Source of the DNA: Alphaproteobacteria bacterium
Lineage (GTDB): Bacteria; Pseudomonadota; Alphaproteobacteria; GM7ARS4; G965262615
DNA: 64,000 nt
Assembly: GCA_965262615.1 (NCBI GenBank)
Contig: OZ253545.1
Location: 576,001-640,000, forward strand
Direction of reading: 5' to 3'
The notes under the pieces were generated by a model, which had not been told where the DNA came from, did no database searches, and saw nothing but the letters and a program-made list of their open reading frames with translations. Position 1 is the stretch's first letter, and every line of letters begins with the position of its first letter. Positions 29,965 through 40,510 of the stretch are shown here, piece after piece. Made by a program: the position numbers and the translations under genes.

Positions 29965-32582
29965 TGACATCACCCTATGAGACAACCATGACCGTTGGGG
30001 GACGGGACTATCATTTTGTGAGTTTGCGCCGCGCTGCCGACTCTCTTGGTGATTCTCTCAAGGAATGTGTGGCGCGCTTGCCTCGTAGCATGAAGGTTTT
30101 ATTTGAGAATATGGTGCGTCATGGAACGGATGAGGCGCAATTGGTGTCATTTTTGCGTCACGGTGATGATTGCAGTGTGACTCTTCACCCTGCGCGTATT
30201 CTCATGCAAGATTTCACCGCTCTGCCCGCTTTGGTGGATTTGGCGGCATTGCGAGATGCGGTGCAGGCATCGGGAGGAGAGGCGCGCCGAGTCAATCCGG
30301 TCATTCCGTTGGATGTGGTGGTGGATCATTCGGTCAGTGTGGATGCCTTTGCCTCGCACGAGGCACAAAAAATCAATGAGAAGAGAGAATTTGAACGCAA
30401 CAGCGAGCGGTATCGCTTTTTGAAATGGGGACAACAAGCCTTTGCCAATATGCGTCTGATTCCTCCTGGCAGTGGAATTTGTCATCAGGTGAATTTGGAG
30501 CACTTGGCACAGCTGGTGGTGGTGCGTGATGAAGGCGACAAGCAATGGCTTTATCCCGACAGCGTGCTGGGCACGGATAGCCATACCACCATGGTGAATG
30601 GTTTGGGCGTTTTGGGCTGGGGCGTGGGCGGCATTGAGGCAGAGGCGGCGATGCTGGGACTGCCCTTGTCTATGGCACTGCCAAAGGTGGTGGGATGTCA
30701 TTTGCAAGGACGGTTGGGCGCAGGCGTGACCGCCACCGATCTCGTGCTCACCGTCACTCAGACACTGAGACAGCACGGTGTTGTGGGGTCGTTTGTGGAA
30801 TTCACGGGGGACGCTCTTGATCATTTGAGTCTTGCCGATCGCGCCACCATTGCCAACATGGCTCCCGAATATGGTGCCACTTGCGGATTTTTTCCCATTG
30901 ATGATGAGACCCTTCGCTATCTTGCCCTCACGGGACGAGACGACAATCACTGCGAACTCGTCAAAGCATACGCACAGGAACAAGGTCTGTGGCATGATGC
31001 CACAGACCTTGCCTTTGATGAAAGGGTTGCGATTGATTGTCGTGCCATTGAGCCCTGTGTGGCGGGACCGACGCGTCCGCAAGATCGGGTGCCATTGGCG
31101 CAAGTGCCGCAATCGTTCGCTGATTTCAGTGGCGCGCCACCATCATCCGAGCCGCCCGCACTGCGGGATGGCGCACTGGTGATTGCCGCCATCACCAGCT
31201 GCACCAACACATCCAATGCCGAACTCATGCTCACCGCAGGATTATTGGCACGCGCGGCGCGCCGTCATGGATTGCAAACAAAGCCATGGGTCAAAACATC
31301 GCTCGCACCGGGCTCGCGCGTGGTGACCGCATATTTGCAAGAGGCGGGACTGATGGAGGATTTAGAATATCTCGGATTTCATGTTGTCGGCTATGGATGC
31401 ACCACATGCATTGGCAATTCAGGACCTTTGTCCGATGATGTGGCACAGACAGTGCGAGGGAAAAATCTGTGTGTGGCATCGGTGCTATCGGGCAATCGCA
31501 ATTTTGAGGGACGCATTCATCCCCAGGTGCAAGCCAACTATTTAGCATCACCGCCCTTGGTGATTGGCTATGCATTGCTGGGGGTGGTGGATGCGTCATT
31601 GCTTGAGACTCCGCTGGGTGTCGGCAGTGATGGGAGCAATATTTTTCTCGCCGACTTGTGGCCCTCATCTGACGAGGTGACCCAATTGCTGGAGCGCACC
31701 GTCACATCGTCTTTGTTTGTGTCGCAATATCGGTCGTTGGAGCAAGGAAATGACGCATGGCAGGAGATGCAGACATCAACGGGACAGCTCTATGACTGGC
31801 ATGATTCTTCCACCTATGTGCGCTCGCCGCCGTTTTTTGAGGATGACGGATTTGTGGCACATGGTTTTTATGGCGCGCGCGCTCTGGCGATATTGGGCGA
31901 TTCGGTCACCACGGATCATATCTCTCCGGCGTCTGCCATTCCTGTGGGGGGTGATGCGGCGCATTACTTACAGCGGCATGGCGTTGTTCCCATTGATTTC
32001 AACTCCTTTGGGGCGCGACGAGGCAATCATGAGGTGATGATGCGGGGCACTCTTGCCAACATTCGTTTGCGCAATCGGCTGGCGGATGGCAAGCAAGGGG
32101 GGTGGACGCGTTATCCTCCCACAACCGACATTGTTTCTATGTATGAGGCGGCTCAGTGGTATCAAGAGCAGGAAATTCCTTTGGTGATTGTGGCGGGACA
32201 TAACTACGGCAGTGGGTCGTCACGAGACTGGGCTGCCAAGGGGGTGCGTTTGTTGGGGGTGCGCGCCGTCATTGCGCGAAGCTTTGAGCGTATTCATCGG
32301 TCTAATTTGATTGGCATGGGGGTGATGCCCCTCACACTGCCTGATGATGTCTCTGTGTCCGACTTGAATCTCACGGGAGATGAGACTTTTGATTGTGACA
32401 TCCCCACCGTTTATCAGCCACGCCTCACAACAGATTTGCGGATTACAACAAACGGTCACACACGCACCATCACGGTGGGTGTGCAATTGCACACACAGCA
32501 AGAAATGGACACCTATCAAAGAGGCGGATTGCTTCCCATGATGCGTGAGAAGATTCTTGCAGACGCGCCATTTCAGCTGTAG
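29961..32582 (+). CDS. acnA: Aconitate hydratase A
   Basis: [59 protein letters not shown]. Confidence 0.97.
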   Translation: MMTSPYETTMTVGGRDYHFVSLRRAADSLGDSLKECVARLPRSMKVLFENMVRHGTDEAQLVSFLRHGDDCSVTLHPARILMQDFTALPALVDLAALRDAVQASGGEARRVNPVIPLDVVVDHSVSVDAFASHEAQKINEKREFERNSERYRFLKWGQQAFANMRLIPPGSGICHQVNLEHLAQLVVVRDEGDKQWLYPDSVLGTDSHTTMVNGLGVLGWGVGGIEAEAAMLGLPLSMALPKVVGCHLQGRLGAGVTATDLVLTVTQTLRQHGVVGSFVEFTGDALDHLSLADRATIANMAPEYGATCGFFPIDDETLRYLALTGRDDNHCELVKAYAQEQGLWHDATDLAFDERVAIDCRAIEPCVAGPTRPQDRVPLAQVPQSFADFSGAPPSSEPPALRDGALVIAAITSCTNTSNAELMLTAGLLARAARRHGLQTKPWVKTSLAPGSRVVTAYLQEAGLMEDLEYLGFHVVGYGCTTCIGNSGPLSDDVAQTVRGKNLCVASVLSGNRNFEGRIHPQVQANYLASPPLVIGYALLGVVDASLLETPLGVGSDGSNIFLADLWPSSDEVTQLLERTVTSSLFVSQYRSLEQGNDAWQEMQTSTGQLYDWHDSSTYVRSPPFFEDDGFVAHGFYGARALAILGDSVTTDHISPASAIPVGGDAAHYLQRHGVVPIDFNSFGARRGNHEVMMRGTLANIRLRNRLADGKQGGWTRYPPTTDIVSMYEAAQWYQEQEIPLVIVAGHNYGSGSSRDWAAKGVRLLGVRAVIARSFERIHRSNLIGMGVMPLTLPDDVSVSDLNLTGDETFDCDIPTVYQPRLTTDLRITTNGHTRTITVGVQLHTQQEMDTYQRGGLLPMMREKILADAPFQL

Positions 32583-32595
32583 CATTGAGGGGGTG

Positions 32596-33033
32596 ATGTC
32601 TAAATCCATTGAACAGTTGTGTTTGGAGAAGGGTCTGCGGATGACGGGGCAGAGGCGTTTGATTGTCTCCGTCTTGTCGGATCATTACGACCGAAGCGGC
32701 TTGCATCCTGATGCCGATGAACTCTATGAACGAGTGATTCAAGTCAATCCGCGAGTGAGTCTTGCCACCATTTATCGCACCTTGCGTTTGTTGGAAGAGG
32801 AGCACATTCTCTCCAGAATAGAATTTGGTGACGGCAGAACCCGTTACGAGAAAGCCAATCGCAAACACCATGACCACCTGATTGATGAGACCACGGGCGA
32901 GGTGATTGAATTTCGCAACGAACAGATTGAATCACTGCAAAAGCAAATAGCCAAAGATTTGGGGTATCGTTTGTTGCATCATAAATTGCAATTGTTTTGC
33001 GAACCTCTGAAACGCAAGAATAGCAAGAAATAG
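32596..33033 (+). CDS. fur: Fur family transcriptional regulator (Fur/Mur)
   Basis: GLRMTGQRR, HPDADE, SLATIYRT, HHDHLID. Confidence 0.9.
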   Translation: MSKSIEQLCLEKGLRMTGQRRLIVSVLSDHYDRSGLHPDADELYERVIQVNPRVSLATIYRTLRLLEEEHILSRIEFGDGRTRYEKANRKHHDHLIDETTGEVIEFRNEQIESLQKQIAKDLGYRLLHHKLQLFCEPLKRKNSKK

Positions 33034-33048
33034 GTGACGGATTAGTTC

Positions 33049-33948
33049 ATGGCGGGCATTTTTTCAATCAATCCAATTGAGAGTGTGAAACGGCATTTGG
33101 GCTTATTGCCTGTGCAGTCGGTTGTTGATTATTCTTTTTTTGATGTGCGTCCTCCGAAGGGTGACATGGCATCTCGGTTGTGCTTTTCGGTGGTGACGGG
33201 GGACTCTTCGCCACTGGTGGATGAGGTGCAGGCGTTGCGCTATCGGGTGTTCTATGAAGAGATGCACGCCAAAGGCAAGCGAATCAATAGACGGTTGCGC
33301 CGTGATCGGGATCATCATGACGCTTACTGTGATCATCTGATTGCTCGCGATGAGGTCAATGGCTGCACTGTGGGGGCGATTCGGCTGCTGCGCCGTGAGG
33401 CGGCTCGGCGCGCAGGTGGATTTTTGACAGCAAAAGAATTCAACATCAAACGCCTGCTCAGTGTGGAGGGCGAGGTGTTGGAGGTGGGACGATTTCTTGT
33501 TCATCCTGCCTATCGCAAAAGCATTGCCATCATTTTACTGTGGCGGGCGTTGGTGGAGTATGTCTCGCACCACCACATTGAATTTTTGTTTGGGTGTGCC
33601 AGCTTTTCAGGAACTGACCCCAAGCAATGGTCTCACCAATTGACATGGCTCTGGAGGCATCGCATGGCGCCACGGGAGATTCGTCCGCGGGCGCGGCGGC
33701 GATTGCGTATTTCCATGAACAAACATAAAAAAATTATGAGCTCGCCTCATGACATGCCCCCATTGCCGCCATTGCTGAAGGCGTATATGCACGCCGGCGC
33801 GTTTGTGGGGGATGGCGCAGTGGTGGATAAAAAATTCAACACCACGGATGTCTGTGTCTTGGTTAAATCGGGCATTGCGGTGGAACGGTATTTGTCTTCG
33901 GGCAGAACTTTGCTTGATTTTGAGCGCAAAGAGTCGGGGGCGGCATGA
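33049..33948 (+). CDS. olsB: Ornithine N-acyltransferase, GNAT (OlsB-like)
   Basis: LRYRVFYEE, D..D.YCDHL, LEVGR, FGCASF.GT, LPPLLKAY, D..FNTTD. Confidence 0.85.
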   Translation: MAGIFSINPIESVKRHLGLLPVQSVVDYSFFDVRPPKGDMASRLCFSVVTGDSSPLVDEVQALRYRVFYEEMHAKGKRINRRLRRDRDHHDAYCDHLIARDEVNGCTVGAIRLLRREAARRAGGFLTAKEFNIKRLLSVEGEVLEVGRFLVHPAYRKSIAIILLWRALVEYVSHHHIEFLFGCASFSGTDPKQWSHQLTWLWRHRMAPREIRPRARRRLRISMNKHKKIMSSPHDMPPLPPLLKAYMHAGAFVGDGAVVDKKFNTTDVCVLVKSGIAVERYLSSGRTLLDFERKESGAA

Positions 33949-34745
33949 TGGTTGTTATGCGTGTGGCGGTGCGGAGCGTTTTGGCGTTCGTGTGGATTGT
34001 GATGGGATGGCTGACTATCTTGGTGCTTAAATTGGTCACAGGATGGCGGACGGTGCGTCATGTGTTGCCATTTTATAATAGGGGGATTTTGTTTTTGATG
34101 GGGGTGCGTTTGCGGGTGCATGGTGACATCTGTCGGCGTGGGGTTGTCTATTGTTGTAATCACTTGTCGTGGTTGGATATTTTGGTTGTCTCCAGTTTGG
34201 TGAAGGCAGCTTTTGTGGCAAAACAGGAATTGACGGCATGGCCCTTGTTGGGCTTGATTTTTCGTATTCAAAATACGATTTTTATCAATCGTCAAAGTAA
34301 AAAGAGTTTGTGGGAAGTTCAAAAGCGCATGCAAAAGGTGTTAGAAGGAGATTATTGTGTTGTTCTTTTTGGTGAGGGCACGACGGGGGATGGTCATCGG
34401 GTGATGCCGATTTTCAGTCCATTGCTCAGGGTCTTGGAAACCGATGACGCACGGCGACACACATGGAGGGTGCAGCCGTTGAGTCTTGCCTACACACGCA
34501 TCAATGATGCGGCAACGGGACGATTGATGCGTCCTCATTTTTCGTGGATTGGCATTGAGGATTTGTTGGTGCATCTGAAACGCTTTTTAGCTCATGGACA
34601 CTCATTGGCGGAGGTGGTGTTTCATGAGCCTCTTGTGTTGCGTCAGGGTGAGGATCGCAAAAGGCTTGCCAAGCGAGTGCACAATCATATGGAACAAGGA
34701 TTGATTGATTTGCATTATCCCCGTTATAACGAGGCACGAGTATGA
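33945..34745 (+). CDS. Lysophospholipid/lyso-ornithine lipid acyltransferase (OlsA/PlsC family)
   Basis: NHLSWLDI, FVAKQE, F.EGTT.DG. Confidence 0.88.
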   Translation: MMVVMRVAVRSVLAFVWIVMGWLTILVLKLVTGWRTVRHVLPFYNRGILFLMGVRLRVHGDICRRGVVYCCNHLSWLDILVVSSLVKAAFVAKQELTAWPLLGLIFRIQNTIFINRQSKKSLWEVQKRMQKVLEGDYCVVLFGEGTTGDGHRVMPIFSPLLRVLETDDARRHTWRVQPLSLAYTRINDAATGRLMRPHFSWIGIEDLLVHLKRFLAHGHSLAEVVFHEPLVLRQGEDRKRLAKRVHNHMEQGLIDLHYPRYNEARV

Positions 34746-36076
34746 CGGGGGACGCGATGAAGCTGCACATTAAAACTTATGGTTGTCAGATGAACAGCTA
34801 TGATTCTTCACGCATGGCGACATCGCTGATGGCGTTGGGCTATTGCTTGACGGATGCGCCGCACGATGCCGACATGGTGCTGATTAATTCGTGTCATATC
34901 AGGGAAAAAGCCGCCGAGAAGATTTATTCCGAAGTGGGACGGTTGCGTCATCATCGGCAGAGCAGTGGCAAGAAAATGATCATTGCCGTCGCAGGGTGCG
35001 TTGCCCAAGCGGAAGGCACTGAGATGATGCGGCGCGCCCCTGCCATTGATATCATTGTGGGGCCCCAGAGTTATCATCACCTGCCGCAGATGGTGATGCG
35101 CTTGTGGCGCAATCAGGCGAGACAGATGGATTTATCATTCCCTCAAGAGAGCAAGTTTGATGTGTTGCCTCAGCAAAATCATGATGGGGTGACGGCATTT
35201 GTCACCATTCAGGAGGGATGTGATAAATTTTGCACTTTTTGTGTGGTGCCCTATACGCGAGGAGCGGAGTATTCTCGTCCCGTTGTTGATATTGAAGCGG
35301 AAGTGAAGAATCTGGTTGCGCAAGGGGCGAAGGAAATCACTTTGTTGGGACAGAATGTCAATGCCTATCATGGCTGTGATGAGCGGGGTGACGAGATTGG
35401 GCTTGCCGTATTGATTGAACGATTGCACACTGTGGATGGTGTGCAGCGTATTCGCTACACCACATCCCATGCGCGCGACATGGATGAGGCTTTGATGGCG
35501 GCGCATCGGGATGTGTCGTCCTTGATGCCGTTTGTTCATGTGCCGTTGCAGTCGGGGTCGAATCGCGTGCTGGCGTTGATGAACCGCCAACACACCACTG
35601 ATGACTACAGACAGATGGTGAAACGGTTGCGGGCGCATCGTGCCGATGTGGCACTGTCATCGGATTTTATCTGTGCGTTTCCGGGTGAGCGAGAGGAGGA
35701 GCATCAGGAGACGCTGGCAATGATTGAGGAGATTGGCTTTGCTCATGGATACGGCTTTTGTTACTCGCCTCGCCCGGGGACACCCGCCGCCACCCGAGAG
35801 TCAGACATGATAGGGCGGGATGTGGCGGACAGGCGTTTGCAGGAATTGCTGCGTGCTTTAGATCGCAGTCAGCGGCGGTTTAATGAGTCGTTTTGCGGAC
35901 GCACGGTGGAGGTTTTGTTTGAAAAACAAGGACGCCATGAGGGGCAAATCAATGGACGCACGCCGTGGATGCAGATGGTATCGTGTGAGGCATCCCACCA
36001 GCTGATTGGCTCGGTGCAGCGGGTGTGCATTGATGAGATTGCGTCTCATTCGTTGCGAGGACATATTGTGTCATGA
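34742..36076 (+). CDS. miaB: tRNA-2-methylthio-N6-dimethylallyladenosine synthase
   Basis: TYGCQMN, GCVAQ, QEGCDKFCTFCVVPYTRG, YSPRPGTPAA. Confidence 0.97.
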   Translation: MTGDAMKLHIKTYGCQMNSYDSSRMATSLMALGYCLTDAPHDADMVLINSCHIREKAAEKIYSEVGRLRHHRQSSGKKMIIAVAGCVAQAEGTEMMRRAPAIDIIVGPQSYHHLPQMVMRLWRNQARQMDLSFPQESKFDVLPQQNHDGVTAFVTIQEGCDKFCTFCVVPYTRGAEYSRPVVDIEAEVKNLVAQGAKEITLLGQNVNAYHGCDERGDEIGLAVLIERLHTVDGVQRIRYTTSHARDMDEALMAAHRDVSSLMPFVHVPLQSGSNRVLALMNRQHTTDDYRQMVKRLRAHRADVALSSDFICAFPGEREEEHQETLAMIEEIGFAHGYGFCYSPRPGTPAATRESDMIGRDVADRRLQELLRALDRSQRRFNESFCGRTVEVLFEKQGRHEGQINGRTPWMQMVSCEASHQLIGSVQRVCIDEIASHSLRGHIVS

Positions 36077-37083
36077 GCAACCGACGGGCGATTCAAGCCA
36101 AAACATTGTTGGAGATTACTCATGAGGATGAGCGGGTTCATCTTCATTTTCATCATGAGTCGTTGTTTCATGTGTTGTGTGGGGTGCATGATGAGCATCT
36201 GGCGGCACTGGAGTATGTTTTTGGGGTGACCCTCATGACGCGCGGCAATCATTTGGTGGTGACGGGAGAGGAGCAAGCAAAGCGCGCGGCGGTGCATCAG
36301 ATTCACGCATGGTATGAGCAATTGCACGATGGGCGCATGAGGGATGCCTCGGCAATGGCGGCGGCGGTGGTGCAGCTCAAAGAGCAGCATCGACATGATG
36401 AGACATCGGCAGATTATGGCAAGCTGGAGAAGATTGGTTCAAAGGCGGTGGGGGCGCGTTCGAGCGGTCAGTCTGTGTATATGGATTTGATGAGAAAAAA
36501 GACGGTGGTGTTTGCCTGTGGTCCTGCGGGCAGTGGCAAGACCTATCTGGCGGTGGCGTATGGTGTTGGATGTCTGTTGCGCGGCGAAGTGGAGCGTCTG
36601 GTTTTGGCGCGCCCGGCGGTGGAGGCGGGCGAACGGCTTGGATTTTTGCCGGGGGATGTCAAAGACAAAATAGACCCTTATTTGCGTCCCCTGTATGATT
36701 GCTTGCGGGCGTTGCTCACCAAAGAGCAGTGGCAGCGTCTGACGGCGCAGGATGCCATTGAGGTTGCGCCTCTGGCTTTCATGCGAGGACGCACTCTGAA
36801 TCGCTCATTTGTTATTTTGGATGAAGCACAAAATGCCACATCGGCACAGCTGCGGATGTGTTTGACACGGCTGGGTGAGGACTCTCGCATGGTGGTGACG
36901 GCTGATCCCTCGCAGATTGATTTGCCACAGCCGCGCCATTCGGGCATCCATGGGGCAGAAGCGATTTTGCGGCATGTTCCTATGGTGGCGTTTGTTCATT
37001 TGACGGCGCGCGATGTGATGCGTCATCGTGTGGTGCGCGCCATTGTTGCCGCGTATCAAAAGGCGGACACCGAAGAATCATGA
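36073..37083 (+). CDS. phoH: PhoH-like ATPase (YbeZ)
   Basis: GPAGSGKT, RPAVEAGE.LGFLPG, APLAFMRGRTL, DEAQN. Confidence 0.95.
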   Translation: MSNRRAIQAKTLLEITHEDERVHLHFHHESLFHVLCGVHDEHLAALEYVFGVTLMTRGNHLVVTGEEQAKRAAVHQIHAWYEQLHDGRMRDASAMAAAVVQLKEQHRHDETSADYGKLEKIGSKAVGARSSGQSVYMDLMRKKTVVFACGPAGSGKTYLAVAYGVGCLLRGEVERLVLARPAVEAGERLGFLPGDVKDKIDPYLRPLYDCLRALLTKEQWQRLTAQDAIEVAPLAFMRGRTLNRSFVILDEAQNATSAQLRMCLTRLGEDSRMVVTADPSQIDLPQPRHSGIHGAEAILRHVPMVAFVHLTARDVMRHRVVRAIVAAYQKADTEES

Positions 37084-37496
37084 TTGCCACCACCATTGTT
37101 TGTGATTATTTGCCATGGCAACGAGTCTTGCCACAGATGGATGTCATTTGTCATGAAGCCGCCACTGAGGTGCGCGCATTGGTGCACACCATGCCATCAC
37201 AGATTGTGATTGCCCTGCTCAGTGACCAGCAGATGCGCGCGCTGAATTTGCGTCATCGCCAGCGCGCCTATGCCGCCGATGTGTTGAGCTTTAGCTATGA
37301 GGACATGGGAGAAATTGCACTCGGATTTGGACGCTTATGGCGAGACTCCAGAAAGGATCGCGTCATGTGCCAATCCTATGTGCGCTGGTTGGTGGTGCAT
37401 GGCATGCTGCATGTGTGTGGTTATGACCATGAGCATGCCGCTGAGGCGCGCCGTATGGCAACAATGGAAAAACGCATCTTGCGGCAATGGCGATGA
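37080..37496 (+). CDS. ybeY: rRNA maturation endoribonuclease YbeY
   Basis: DVLSF, VHGMLH.CGYDH. Confidence 0.93.
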   Translation: MIATTIVCDYLPWQRVLPQMDVICHEAATEVRALVHTMPSQIVIALLSDQQMRALNLRHRQRAYAADVLSFSYEDMGEIALGFGRLWRDSRKDRVMCQSYVRWLVVHGMLHVCGYDHEHAAEARRMATMEKRILRQWR

Positions 37497-37506
37497 AGGA
37501 AGTGTG

Positions 37507-38265
37507 ATGATTAAGAGACTGTTTCATAAAAAGACCAAAGCCAATGGGACAGATGAAGAGAGTAAACTCTTTGCGTCGCTGAGCAATTTTCACGATGAGG
37601 ACATTCGTTTTGTGATTGTTCCGCGCGCCGAGATGAAATCATTGGATATTGTCACATCAGTGGAGGAGGCAAGTGAGTTCATGGCATCTCATCGTTTGAG
37701 TTCGGTGGTTGTGTATCGGGATCGTCTGGACACGGTGGCGGGCGTTTTGACGGCGAAATCGTTGTTGCGGGCACTCAACAACGGGCGCGGCAACACCATT
37801 GCCCCTTATTTGGATTCGTTCATTCCGGTGCCATCCTCCATGAAGCGGGTGGATGCCTTTTACACGATGCTCAATCATCGGGCATCATTGGCGGTGGTTT
37901 TTGATGAGCATGGCGGCGTGGATGGCTGCGTGACACTGCGGGGTCTCATTGATTCGTTGACTCAATCACTGACATTGAATCCCGATGCCGATGTCATCGG
38001 TCGCATTGAGGAACAAGAGGACGGCACATTTGTTGTGGATGGACGGCTGCCACTGGCGGTGGCGGTTGGTCGTTGTGGCTTGGCGGTGAAGGATCAAGAG
38101 CGTGAGGATGTGGATAGTGTGGGCGGACTGGCGGCGTTGATGGCGGGACGCATTCCTGCGCGCGGCGAGGTGATTGATTATAATGATGGCTGGCGTTTTG
38201 AGGTGACCAAAGCGGACAGACGGCGTGTGCATCAGCTGCGTCTTGTGCCACCACAAAAAGCTTGA
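37507..38265 (+). CDS. corC: CBS/CorC-HlyC domain protein (CorC/YbeX)
   Basis: VPRAE, AVV.DEHGGVDG.VT, CorC_HlyC tail; ybeY-corC-lnt synteny. Confidence 0.85.
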   Translation: MIKRLFHKKTKANGTDEESKLFASLSNFHDEDIRFVIVPRAEMKSLDIVTSVEEASEFMASHRLSSVVVYRDRLDTVAGVLTAKSLLRALNNGRGNTIAPYLDSFIPVPSSMKRVDAFYTMLNHRASLAVVFDEHGGVDGCVTLRGLIDSLTQSLTLNPDADVIGRIEEQEDGTFVVDGRLPLAVAVGRCGLAVKDQEREDVDSVGGLAALMAGRIPARGEVIDYNDGWRFEVTKADRRRVHQLRLVPPQKA

Positions 38266-39668
38266 GCATCATGAGGGGCGGGCTTGCCTTTGTGTTGGGC
38301 GGCATCTATAGCCTTGCCTTTGCGCCGTTTCATTGGCTGGCATGGGCGGTGGTGGCATGGGGCGGATTGTATCTGCTGGTGGCGGATGAGGTGTCATCAC
38401 GGGTGATTTTTGGGCGCGGGTGGCTCTTTGGCTTGGGGCATTTTAGCGGCGGACTGTATTGGATTTCACTGTCATTTTTTGTGGATTGGCAACGCACCGG
38501 CTGGCTCGGCGTGCCAGGGGTGGTGGGACTTGCGGCATATTTGGCTCTCTACATGGGCGCGGCGGCATGGTGCTGGCATCGCATCACCAAGGGAGTGATG
38601 GGGCTTGGGTCATTGTTTCTGTGGGCGGGGCTGGTGATTGTCTTTGAGTATGGACGAGGCGTTGTGTTCACGGGCTTTCCATGGAACACAACGGCGGCGG
38701 TCTGGGGCGACTCTTTGGAGATTTTACAATGGCTTGCACACAGTGGCACGGCGGGATTGGGTGTGATGTCATTGGTCGCGTGGATGCCGGTGGCGTTGTT
38801 TGCCCGCCATCCCCATGGAAAACACGCCACGCTCTATGCCGCCGTGCCGTTGGTGTTGCCCTTGATGTATGGATGGGCAGGGAATCATTATTTGAATTAT
38901 GACAAGCGCGCACATTCAATAGAAAGTGAGGCAATAGAAATTGATGCGCAGGTTTTGCTGGTGCAGCCTCACATTCGTCAGGAGGATAAGTGGCGGCGGG
39001 AGCTCGCAAGTGACCACATGGAACGGGTGCGCGCCATGGTGGCATCACAGGTCGGAGATTCTCCCGCTTGGGTTATTTTGCCCGAAGCCGCGTTGTCATA
39101 TGACCTTTATGACAGCCGCGAGGCGCGACGGTATCTCACATCAATGCTGCCAGAAAATTCCTACATGATTGTGGGCACACTGGCGGCACGAGAGAGGCAT
39201 AACATGTTGTTGGTGCTGGATGAGACCGGCGAGATTGTGGGGGCATATCGCAAGAATCACCTTGTTCCTTTTGGTGAGTATATGCCGTTGCAAGACCATC
39301 TGCCTTTTTTGCAACGATTATTGCCCACCATTGCCTCCACGCAAGCTGGGGAAGTCGGTATGACATTGCCTGCCAATACCCTGCCGCCGTTTCATCCGTT
39401 GATTTGTTATGAGGTGATTTTTCCTTTGTCTGATAACGAAAAGGCTCGTTGGATTATCAACATCACCAATGATGCATGGTTTGGCAACAGCACGGGACCG
39501 TGGCAACATGCGGTTCATGCTCGGATGCGCGCCATTGAGGCGAGTCTTCCGTTGGTGCGAGTTGCCAACACGGGTATTTCCTTTGTGAGCGATGGGTTTG
39601 GGCGCATATCCCATGCCATTCCTTTGGGCACGCGAGCGGCACGCACTGTTGCTGTGCCATTGTATTAA
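38262..39668 (+). CDS. lnt: Apolipoprotein N-acyltransferase
   Basis: TGFPW, Y.KNHLVPFGEY.P, ICYE, TNDAWFG, R.ANTGIS. Confidence 0.95.
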   Translation: MSIMRGGLAFVLGGIYSLAFAPFHWLAWAVVAWGGLYLLVADEVSSRVIFGRGWLFGLGHFSGGLYWISLSFFVDWQRTGWLGVPGVVGLAAYLALYMGAAAWCWHRITKGVMGLGSLFLWAGLVIVFEYGRGVVFTGFPWNTTAAVWGDSLEILQWLAHSGTAGLGVMSLVAWMPVALFARHPHGKHATLYAAVPLVLPLMYGWAGNHYLNYDKRAHSIESEAIEIDAQVLLVQPHIRQEDKWRRELASDHMERVRAMVASQVGDSPAWVILPEAALSYDLYDSREARRYLTSMLPENSYMIVGTLAARERHNMLLVLDETGEIVGAYRKNHLVPFGEYMPLQDHLPFLQRLLPTIASTQAGEVGMTLPANTLPPFHPLICYEVIFPLSDNEKARWIINITNDAWFGNSTGPWQHAVHARMRAIEASLPLVRVANTGISFVSDGFGRISHAIPLGTRAARTVAVPLY

Positions 39669-39755
39669 AAAACAATCAAAAGTTGTATATGTGAGATAAT
39701 TCACACAGATTGATTGACCTTTTGCCGCCATACCAACATAATGGACGCTTCGTAT

Positions 39756-39779
39756 GTGACATTTGATGCCTGATGTCAC
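39756..39779. promoter_or_regulatory. Inverted repeat upstream of the HTH gene, possible operator
   Basis: GTGACAT-10 nt-ATGTCAC. Confidence 0.3.
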
Positions 39780-39797
39780 TCACAACAAGAAGGATTC

Positions 39798-40466
39798 GTG
39801 ATGGCTGGCAAAGCAAAAAGACCGACTGGCAAAAATTCTAAGACCATTAACGCCATCATTTGTGATGTGGAAAAAGGAAAAGTTTTGACAGAATTATTGG
39901 AACGCGTTTTTTCTCATAATGAAGAACTCACAAGGATGGATGTGTGTCATGTTGTGCGGGTGGGTGAAGAGCAAATTCGCAAGTATGAACGCGGCAAAGA
40001 CACCATTTCTCCAGAAAAAGCGATGCTCTTTCGCGTTTTTTTTAGTCGCCATGATCATGCCCCTTTGGCTGATGAGTTCATTCGCCGTCTGCGCGAGATT
40101 GAAGATGATTTGATGGCGATTTATACCAATGACAGTTCCATTTTGGTGTTCAAGGATAGTGAAGGGGGTGGCTCTCACATGGGATATTTTGTCCACAATC
40201 TACAGATGCATCTTGGCAGGGACAAGCCTCTGTCTTACGAAGAGTTCTCCGAGCATATTGATAAAAACAGAGCGCAAAAAGAGCAGAAAAACAGAAAGAG
40301 CAGTCAACAAGTCACGCCTGAGCAATTGCGCGCCCTTGCGGAATTTAAAAGCGACGATTCACCCACAAAAGACGAACGCGATACTCTTATAAAAATTATC
40401 AGATTCTCAGGTGTGCCGCTCAAAGAGTGGCGTTATGTTTTTGCGGGGGATGTGTTATCGGTCTGA
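39798..40466 (+). CDS. Divergent XRE-family HTH protein
   Basis: EEQIRKYERGKDTIS resembles QQVQKYERG.NRI; occupies the conserved lnt-HTH-metK position. Confidence 0.65.
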   Translation: MMAGKAKRPTGKNSKTINAIICDVEKGKVLTELLERVFSHNEELTRMDVCHVVRVGEEQIRKYERGKDTISPEKAMLFRVFFSRHDHAPLADEFIRRLREIEDDLMAIYTNDSSILVFKDSEGGGSHMGYFVHNLQMHLGRDKPLSYEEFSEHIDKNRAQKEQKNRKSSQQVTPEQLRALAEFKSDDSPTKDERDTLIKIIRFSGVPLKEWRYVFAGDVLSV

Positions 40467-40510
40467 GTGACCCTTGACGACTCGCCTCATTGCTATACAA
40501 CGGGAGGAGG

